From Ktedonobacterales bacterium (lineage in GTDB: Bacteria; Chloroflexota; Ktedonobacteria; Ktedonobacterales; Ktedonobacteraceae): 64,000 nucleotides of DNA. The notes under the pieces are model-generated. The model saw only the letters and a program-made list of their open reading frames with translations, did not search any database and was not told the DNA's origin. The stretch is taken from positions 3,644 to 67,643 of the forward strand of contig DAIDJF010000022.1 in NCBI GenBank assembly GCA_027451525.1, given 5' to 3'. Made by a program: the position numbers and the translations under genes. Numbering within the stretch: the stretch's first letter is position 1; each line of letters starts with the position of its first letter. Positions 57,529-64,000 of this stretch are shown here, piece after piece.

Positions 57529-58671
57529 ATGTCCGTCTCTCAACATGATTGGTCTCTGCACCGCAAAGGACAGATTGATCAGGAGCGTCACAAAGAGAAG
57601 ATCCGCGAAGCCATCAAAAAAAACCTCAGCGACATCGTGAGTGAAGAGAGCATTATCCTCTCGGACGGCAAAAAGGCCGTGCGTATTCCCGTGCGCTCGC
57701 TCGAAGAGTATCGTTTCCGCTATGATCCCGGACGCCAGCAACACGGTGGGCAAGGCAATGGTAAGAGCAAGGTTGGCGATGTTGTGGCGCAAGAGCCAAA
57801 ACAGGGCAAAGGCAAAAAGGGCGATGCTGGCAAGGATGCCGGTTATGACTACTACGAGGCCGAAATCTCGATGGAAGAACTGGCCGCGATGATCTTTGAA
57901 GACCTCGGCCTGCCCAACCTGGAACAGAAACGCCAGCAAGAGATGCAGACCGATGCCGTGCGCTTTACCGATGTGCGCAAAAAAGGCCCAATGGCCAACC
58001 TGGATAAAAAGCGCACGATTATGGAGAACATGAAGCGCAACGCGGCCAAAGGTGAGGCCGAATTTAAGGATATCAAGTCTGAAGACCTGCGTTTCAAAGT
58101 CTGGGAACCCACGATTAAATATCAATCCAACGCCGTTGTGATCGCCATGATGGATGTATCAGGGTCGATGGGCGAATTTGAGAAGTATATCGCGCGTAGC
58201 TTCTACTTCTGGATGGTGCGTTTCTTACGTACTAAATACAATAATGTGCAGATCGTGTTTATCAGCCATCATACCGAGGCTAAAGAGGTCACGGAAGAGG
58301 AGTTCTTCCACAAGGGTGAGAGCGGCGGCACACAGGTTTCCTCGGCCTATGAACTGGCCCTGCAGATCATTAAAGAACGCTATAACCCGAACGACTGGAA
58401 CATCTACCCCTTCCACTTCTCGGATGGTGATAATCTGCCCTGGGATAATGATCGCTGCGTGCAACTAGTCAACAAATTGATGGAACTATGCAACATTTTC
58501 GGCTACGGCGAGATTCGCGAGGGCCACTACCGCTCGCCCAGCACGCTCATGTCGGCTTATAACAAGATCACCGACAAGAAATTTACCGCCGTCACCATCT
58601 CCGATAAGAAGGAGGTCTATCCCGCGCTCCGCAAATTCTTCGCGCAACGCGACCCAGTGCCCACGCGCTAA
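57529..58671 (+). CDS. yeaH: YeaH/YhbH-family (DUF444) protein
   Basis: HDWSLHRKGQIDQERHKEKIREAIKKNL N-terminus and a vWA-like C-terminal domain (VVIAMMDVSGSM). ATG 57529 behind GAAGGAG. Confidence 0.88.
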   Translation: MSVSQHDWSLHRKGQIDQERHKEKIREAIKKNLSDIVSEESIILSDGKKAVRIPVRSLEEYRFRYDPGRQQHGGQGNGKSKVGDVVAQEPKQGKGKKGDAGKDAGYDYYEAEISMEELAAMIFEDLGLPNLEQKRQQEMQTDAVRFTDVRKKGPMANLDKKRTIMENMKRNAAKGEAEFKDIKSEDLRFKVWEPTIKYQSNAVVIAMMDVSGSMGEFEKYIARSFYFWMVRFLRTKYNNVQIVFISHHTEAKEVTEEEFFHKGESGGTQVSSAYELALQIIKERYNPNDWNIYPFHFSDGDNLPWDNDRCVQLVNKLMELCNIFGYGEIREGHYRSPSTLMSAYNKITDKKFTAVTISDKKEVYPALRKFFAQRDPVPTR

Positions 58672-58727
58672 GGCTGGGGCAGCAAACCGTCCTTCATAGA
58701 CATGCTGTGTAGATAAAGGAGTGTTTG

Positions 58728-60173
58728 ATGATTATTGAAAATGGTAGCGACATCGAGCGATTGCGCGATGCCATTGATAAGGCGTGGGAGACGGCACTAC
58801 GTTTTGGATTAGACCCTTTCCCCACGCACTTTGAACTGGTTCCCGCGTCAATCATGTATGAATTTGCCTCCTATGGCTTGCCAGGCCGTTTTAGCCACTG
58901 GACGCATGGCAAGGCCTATTATCGACAGAAGATGCAGTACGACCTGGGCCTGAGCAAAATCTACGAGATGGTAGTCAACACAAATCCGAGCTATGCCTTT
59001 CTGATGGAGATGAATAACCTGCTGCAAAATACCTTTGTGGCGGCCCACGTCTTTGGGCATACGGATTTCTTCAAGAATAATGCCTACTTCCAGCACACCT
59101 CGCGCCGCATGATCGACAAAGTCAGCATTCATGCCGAACGTATCGCCCAGTATGAGTTCGATCATGGCAAGGCCGAGGTCGAGCGTTTTCTGGATGCTGC
59201 CCTTGCCATTCAGGAGCATATTGACTATAACCTGTTTCTGCGCGGCGATGAGCCTGAACAGCATGACACGAAGGTCATTGAGCGCACGACGGAGTATGAT
59301 GATCTGTGGGGCCTGGAGAAACGCGCAAAGCAGGCCGAGGAGGAACGTGATAAGCGTCCTGGCAAGTCCCCGAAATTTCCAGAGAAGCCCGAAAAAGATT
59401 TGTTGCTCTTCCTGATTCGCCATTCGCCCAATCTGCAACCCTGGCAGCGCGACATCATCGAGATTGTGCGTACCGAGATGATGTACTTCGTGCCACAGAT
59501 GCAGACTAAGACAATGAACGAGGGATGGGCTAGTATATGGCACTCGCGTATTATGCGTGAATTGGGCGATATGGGCATCATCTCTGATGCCGAGACTATT
59601 GAGTTCGCGCAGTTACACTCCGGCGTGCTCTCGCCTTCGCGCACCTCGCTCAATCCCTATTATATCGGCTTCAAGATTTTCGAGGATATCGAGCGCCGCT
59701 GGGATGCTCCAACGACGGAGGAGCAGGAACGTTTGGGACGTAAAACTGGCATGGGCCATCAAAAAATGCTGGAAGTGCGTGAGATGGAGAATGATGTCTC
59801 GTTCTTGCGCAACTATCTCACCGAGGATCTTATCAAAGACCTGGACCTTTACCTCTATAAGAAAGAGGGCGATGAGTGGGTGATTGTCGAGAAGAACTGG
59901 GAGAAGGTGCGCGATGGCATTGTCGCCAGCATGACCAATTTTGGGATGCCTTACATCGTGGTCGAGAATGGCGATTATCGCGGCAATCGTGAACTCTATC
60001 TCAGACACATGTTTGAGGGCCAGGAACTCGATCTGGTTTACGCCGAGAAGACGTTGCAACACGTCTACACGCTCTGGGGTCGGCCGGTGCATCTGGAGAC
60101 GGTTTTTGACAGCAAGCGCATTCTGCTCAGCTTTGATGGTGAGCGCAACACGAAAAGCTCTTTGGAAAAATAG
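58728..60173 (+). CDS. spoVR: SpoVR/YcgB-family protein
   Basis: FASYGLPGRFSHWTHGKAY...NTNPSYAFLME...AHVFGHTDFFKNN motifs. ATG 58728 sits 6 nt after AAGGAG. Confidence 0.9.
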   Translation: MIIENGSDIERLRDAIDKAWETALRFGLDPFPTHFELVPASIMYEFASYGLPGRFSHWTHGKAYYRQKMQYDLGLSKIYEMVVNTNPSYAFLMEMNNLLQNTFVAAHVFGHTDFFKNNAYFQHTSRRMIDKVSIHAERIAQYEFDHGKAEVERFLDAALAIQEHIDYNLFLRGDEPEQHDTKVIERTTEYDDLWGLEKRAKQAEEERDKRPGKSPKFPEKPEKDLLLFLIRHSPNLQPWQRDIIEIVRTEMMYFVPQMQTKTMNEGWASIWHSRIMRELGDMGIISDAETIEFAQLHSGVLSPSRTSLNPYYIGFKIFEDIERRWDAPTTEEQERLGRKTGMGHQKMLEVREMENDVSFLRNYLTEDLIKDLDLYLYKKEGDEWVIVEKNWEKVRDGIVASMTNFGMPYIVVENGDYRGNRELYLRHMFEGQELDLVYAEKTLQHVYTLWGRPVHLETVFDSKRILLSFDGERNTKSSLEK

Positions 60174-60658
60174 GCGTAATCCTTACTCCCTCTGCCTGAT
60201 TGCGCAAGCGTAGTTGGTAGTGCTTTTAAGGTATCACGTCCGGTGTATCCAACATACCTGTTGTGCCAGTTGGTTCTCATCGCTCCTCAATAGCGGCGAG
60301 GCTAGAAATGGCCTACAAATTGTATGGGTGCATTGGGCGTGATACTCTTCTTTATTGCGCTTATTCCACTTATGTAATTTATTTAGAAGAAAGTAGAATC
60401 TTACATAAGACAATCTTATGTTAAGGCGAGATTATCTTATACGACCATATTTAACCTGTGCTTAATTTAACTATTGTGTTTTCATCCTATTTGCTCCCTC
60501 CGTGAAAGCCGTAGCAAAGCTAAACTGAAGTATAATCAACTATACTGTTATACAGAAGCGAGTAGAGGCTATTTTACAGACGGCCTTATGAGGCTTGCTT
60601 GCTTCACTCTCATGCATTTGACTATTTGCACGAGTACTTTCCTGGGAGGAGTTTCTGC

Positions 60659-61552
60659 ATGAAACACACACTACGAACTCTCACCTTTGCCCCCTTTATC
60701 AGCATGGCCTTGCTGCTTGTTGCCCTGGCTGGACCTCTGAGTGCCAGTGCCGCGACAGGAAACGGTCACGCGCATTTTATGAAAACACGGCAAAACTCGA
60801 TTAAACCAGCCTCTCGTACAAGCAACATGACCTATCACAATGGTCCTGTGATGACAGGTACGGCTCATGTCTATGCGATCTTTTGGGAGCCTACTGGTTC
60901 CTATGTTAGCACCAACTACAATAGCCTGATCCTGCGCTATTTTGGCGATGTAGGCGGTTCTACGCTCTATCACAACAATACGCAATACAAACAATCGAGT
61001 GGTGCATATCCCAGTGGTGCTGTCTTGTCAGCCTCCTGGGTGGATACGGCCAGCTATCCTTCTAGCACGCTACAAGATAGCAATATCCAGAGTGAAGTGA
61101 CGCACGCTGAGCAGGTCAACGGCTGGACATCAAGCATCAACAATATTTTCTTCGTCTTTACTGCTAAGAACGAAAATATTTGCGCGGGCAGCCAGTGCAG
61201 TTTTACCACTTTCTGTGCATATCACAGTAATTTTGGAAGTAACACGCTCTACGCAGCAATGCCTTACACTGGTACTAATCTGAGTGCCTGTGGCGTTACC
61301 ACCAGCCCCAACGGCGATTTTGACGCTGACAGCACCATCAACGTGACTTCGCACGAGCAGATGGAAGCGGCTACCGATCCGCTGGGAACAGCATGGTATG
61401 ATCGCACTGGCTATGAGATTGGTGATAAGTGCGCCTGGAAATTCGGCACGACCAACAGTAGCGGCGGCGACGTGACCTGGAACGGCCACACTTACGAAGT
61501 CCAGAAAGAGTGGGACAACCACGTGACTGGTTGTGTCCTCGCTGGGCCGTAA
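60659..61552 (+). CDS. Secreted protein, EXORDIUM/PHI-1-like (assigned from memory)
   Basis: Signal peptide ending SASA. MTYHNGPVMTGTAHVYAIFWEP, TFCAYHSNFG and SHEQMEAATDP blocks parallel remembered plant EXORDIUM blocks (YHGG..L.G.I.V.LIWYG, C..HG, ..ATNP). GGAGGAG RBS. Confidence 0.55.
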   Translation: MKHTLRTLTFAPFISMALLLVALAGPLSASAATGNGHAHFMKTRQNSIKPASRTSNMTYHNGPVMTGTAHVYAIFWEPTGSYVSTNYNSLILRYFGDVGGSTLYHNNTQYKQSSGAYPSGAVLSASWVDTASYPSSTLQDSNIQSEVTHAEQVNGWTSSINNIFFVFTAKNENICAGSQCSFTTFCAYHSNFGSNTLYAAMPYTGTNLSACGVTTSPNGDFDADSTINVTSHEQMEAATDPLGTAWYDRTGYEIGDKCAWKFGTTNSSGGDVTWNGHTYEVQKEWDNHVTGCVLAGP

Positions 61553-61568
61553 ACGCTAAATTTATAGT

Positions 61569-61620
61569 ATAACAAAGCACCCGTTGAAGTAGGCCTCAGC
61601 TTCAGCGGGTGCTTTGTTAT
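61569..61620. terminator. Bidirectional terminator hairpin
   Basis: ATAACAAAGCACCCGTTGAAG pairs with CTTCAGCGGGTGCTTTGTTAT (20/21 bp), between convergent genes. Confidence 0.8.
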
Positions 61621-61632
61621 CGGTGAATGCGG

Positions 61633-62391
61633 TTATTGGTTATTTGGGCCGCCGATTTGCCGCTGATCAGCGTTAGCTCCGCCCAGTTGCATCTGTTGCT
61701 TCATGGCGCGTAACTGATCTTCGATATTCTGCTGCGAGGAAATCTGGCGCAATTCGCGCTCCAGTGGATCGCTAGAACCTGCGCCGAGCAAGCCCTGATC
61801 GCCCAGTGTGCCCTGCTCAATCAAGGTATCCATCGCGTTGGCGCGCGCCTGCATGTTGAGCACTTTATCCTGCGCGCGCTGCATGGCGAGGTTCATCTCG
61901 CTCATCTCCTCCGAGATACCTGTCACAGCCTCGTTGATCTTCACCTGCGCCTGGGCCGCGCCATATTGTGCCTTGACCATCTCCTTCTGCGTGCGGAACG
62001 TCTCGATGCGGGCCGAGATGGTGCGCTCCATCGTAATCAGGCGTTGCTCCTGTTCACGCAACTGCGCCAGTTGCTGCTCGTATGTAGAAAGTTGGGCCAC
62101 AATGGTCTCTTTGCGTTGCAATGCCATACGTGCCAGGTCTTCACGTCCGGCCTGTAGAGCCTGCATTGCCTGTTGGTCCAACTTGTTCAATTGCTGCTGT
62201 AGCTGAGATTGCTGCATCTCCAAGCGTTTCTCGTTGGTCACCACTTCGGCGATCGAACGCTTCAAATTTTGCAGTTGCTCAAGCTGTTTCTGATACGAAT
62301 AGTCCATGACCTGACCGGGATCTTCCGCCTTATCAAGAGCTGCATTGGCGCGCATCTTAAAAAAGTTCGCGAGACGTGAGAAGAAGCCCAT
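61633..62391 (-). CDS. pspA: PspA/IM30 (Vipp1) family protein
   Basis: MGFFSRLANFFKMRANAALDKAEDP...Q-rich coiled coil throughout. 252 aa. Confidence 0.88.
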   Translation of the reverse strand: MGFFSRLANFFKMRANAALDKAEDPGQVMDYSYQKQLEQLQNLKRSIAEVVTNEKRLEMQQSQLQQQLNKLDQQAMQALQAGREDLARMALQRKETIVAQLSTYEQQLAQLREQEQRLITMERTISARIETFRTQKEMVKAQYGAAQAQVKINEAVTGISEEMSEMNLAMQRAQDKVLNMQARANAMDTLIEQGTLGDQGLLGAGSSDPLERELRQISSQQNIEDQLRAMKQQMQLGGANADQRQIGGPNNQ

Positions 62392-62546
62392 AAAATCCTC
62401 CTGTTGTGCAGAATGTCATTCATTGATACTGGTCTGCAACAGTCCTATGTTATTATTTGATTATCAGAATATCGCCACGTTTATAGTGATATGATAACAT
62501 AAACGTAGAGGATGTGGAGAATCAAATAGGAAGGAGTAAGGCGCGG

Positions 62547-62942
62547 ATGTATGGTGATATCAACGAGCCGTTACAGGTAGACCTGCTGGCGGCATCATTG
62601 CGCGCTGATATGACAGACCTCAAGGCGTTTATGGAGGCTCTCGCTGTCAAGCTGGAAGGGGCGTTGCCGGCTCATACGGTTGTGACGCGCCAGAGTAGCC
62701 TGTTCTCGCGTGAACACCCGGTCAAAGAGATCGCGGTGACGTTGGGTGATACGCAGTATCGTCTTGGGCGTGAACGTCAGGGACCGCTGTTAGCTTTGCG
62801 CGCGAAAGTAGTGCGTGGCATCGTGCTAAAAACGGAGCCGATCCCAGTCGAGCAATGGGTTGAGGAACTGGCAACCCTGCTTGCGCAAGAGGCGAACCGC
62901 AATGCACAAGCAAGGGCTGCTCTCGAACGCTTCCTTTTATAG
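62547..62942 (+). CDS. Hypothetical protein, divergent from pspA
   Basis: ORF open from GTG 62514. ATG 62547 follows AGGAG, though at about 10 nt the spacing is long. No family recognised. Confidence 0.5.
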   Translation: MYGDINEPLQVDLLAASLRADMTDLKAFMEALAVKLEGALPAHTVVTRQSSLFSREHPVKEIAVTLGDTQYRLGRERQGPLLALRAKVVRGIVLKTEPIPVEQWVEELATLLAQEANRNAQARAALERFLL

Positions 62943-62990
62943 TCATAGAGAGCGCGTGAGAGCTATTTACTCAGTAGAAAGGATGTTGGG

Positions 62991-63986
62991 ATGTTCTTTC
63001 GCAGGAAATCATCGCCGGAAGAGCAGCAACGTCAGGCCGAGGCGGCACAGCAGGCACAGGCGAGCTTGCAATCGCTAGAGGCGGGAGGCTTGCCACTTCA
63101 GGCACAGCGGCGGTTGAGTGAGGAGATGGAGGCTGGTCACCCGCTATTTACCAGCGATCTGAGCGCGAACGAATTTCTGTTGACGCGCAAACTGGGTTAT
63201 CAGCCACTTAGTCAGGTAATGGGTAGTTCGATCTATCAGGTCGGCTGGCAGTATGTGCGCAACTATACCTGGAATACGCAGGAGTCCGAACTAACTACGC
63301 TCTCCAACGCTCATCAGCATGCAGCCCAACTGGCTCTCGGTCGTTTGGAACAAGAAGCCACGCTTCTGCGCGCCCATGGTGTCATCGGCGTGCGTTTCAT
63401 GCGCCGCGATCAGGCATGGGCGCAAAATCTGATCGAGTATACCGCGATTGGAACCGCGATTCGTTTGCCAGATGTGCCGCTGGGAGCGCATCCTTTTCTC
63501 AGTGATCTTTCTGGTCAGGAGTTTTGGACGCTCTGGCAGGCGGGCTATTATCCGACGGGCATTGTCACGGGCTATTGTTCCTACTACGTCTCGTTGGGGC
63601 GGCGCTTGACCGAGCAGATGCGCGGCTGGTGGGGCACAGGAGGCTCGAATCAAGAGATCACCGCCTTTTCGCATGGTATCTCGCAGGCGCGCCATATCGC
63701 TATGGGACGCGCTAATGCGATGGCGCAACGGCTTAGTTCCGCAGGGATCGTCGGTATGCATATCGAGAATCAGCGGCAGATTATGGAATATGAACGTGAA
63801 CGGGGCGAATACGCGCCAAAAGAATATTATATGGACCTCTCAGTGCACTTTGCCGTTATGGGTACGGCCATCACTGCGCAGAAAAAAGATCATATTATTC
63901 CCCAACCTAAATTAACGTTAACTATGACCGATCTTCGCCCTGGACGCTATGGCGAGAATCGCGAACTGACCTTGCGTGAAGAATAA
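62991..63986 (+). CDS. Protein with two YbjQ/UPF0145-like (heavy-metal-binding-like) domains
   Basis: Internal duplication: FTSDLSANEFLLTRKLGYQPLSQVMGSSIY and FLSDLSGQEFWTLWQAGYYPTGIVTGYCSYY, each followed by a ...IGV/IVGM... strand. N-terminal Q/A-rich helix. Confidence 0.6.
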   Translation: MFFRRKSSPEEQQRQAEAAQQAQASLQSLEAGGLPLQAQRRLSEEMEAGHPLFTSDLSANEFLLTRKLGYQPLSQVMGSSIYQVGWQYVRNYTWNTQESELTTLSNAHQHAAQLALGRLEQEATLLRAHGVIGVRFMRRDQAWAQNLIEYTAIGTAIRLPDVPLGAHPFLSDLSGQEFWTLWQAGYYPTGIVTGYCSYYVSLGRRLTEQMRGWWGTGGSNQEITAFSHGISQARHIAMGRANAMAQRLSSAGIVGMHIENQRQIMEYERERGEYAPKEYYMDLSVHFAVMGTAITAQKKDHIIPQPKLTLTMTDLRPGRYGENRELTLREE

Positions 63987-64000
63987 AGAAGGAGCATAAA

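Noticed and set aside
57337-58125. 262-aa minus-strand ORF overlapping yeaH and the prkA 3' end
   Set aside because: It is antisense to a well-supported DUF444 gene. Its composition is an artefact of the opposite frame, and it has no recognisable motifs or RBS.

Overview
This is a 64-kb chromosomal window, mid-50s %GC by eye, densely coded and mostly housekeeping. No rRNA, tRNA, CRISPR array or transposase/integrase gene was found.

Main blocks, left to right:
- A four-gene minus-strand operon: unknown 231-aa protein, HerA-like ATPase, small membrane protein, GT9 glycosyltransferase.
- ArsR regulator, DUF4097-like membrane protein, PPOX-family protein, a Fur-box-controlled VIT-family transporter, and a ClC channel with CBS domains.
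- A suf Fe-S operon: Rrf2 regulator, sufC, sufD, sufS, sufU, then an SDR and a Rieske ferredoxin. No sufB lies inside it.
- A zinc-ribbon/AIM24 protein, a secreted Ig-like protein, and a DprE1/DprE2-like pair.
- A thiamine salvage locus: thiamine diphosphokinase plus a ThiY/X/Z-like ABC importer behind a clear TPP riboswitch.
- An ABC exporter and ppk1.
- An Mre11/SbcD-like nuclease with a 1285-aa Rad50/SbcC-like ATPase whose coiled-coil apex is a two-helix membrane hairpin.
- A complete 14-gene nuoA-N complex I operon.
- prkA-yeaH-spoVR, an EXORDIUM/PHI-1-like secreted protein, and pspA divergent from a tandem YbjQ-like protein.

The most pervasive non-genic signal is a family of composite palindromic (REP/MITE-like) repeats at 12 loci. 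Copies sit inside operons, between a riboswitch and its ORF, across several stop codons, and in frame within the sufS N-terminus.

The repeat flavour and gene content suggest a Chloroflexota-like (possibly Ktedonobacteria-like) organism. That is a low-confidence inference from memory, not a search result.

No clearly novel multi-gene system stands out. The best candidates for follow-up are the HerA-partner operon, the membrane-hairpin Rad50-like pair, the repeat family, and an orphan promoter-terminator unit at about 8.1-8.3 kb.

All coordinates and motifs were read by eye. No homology search was run.
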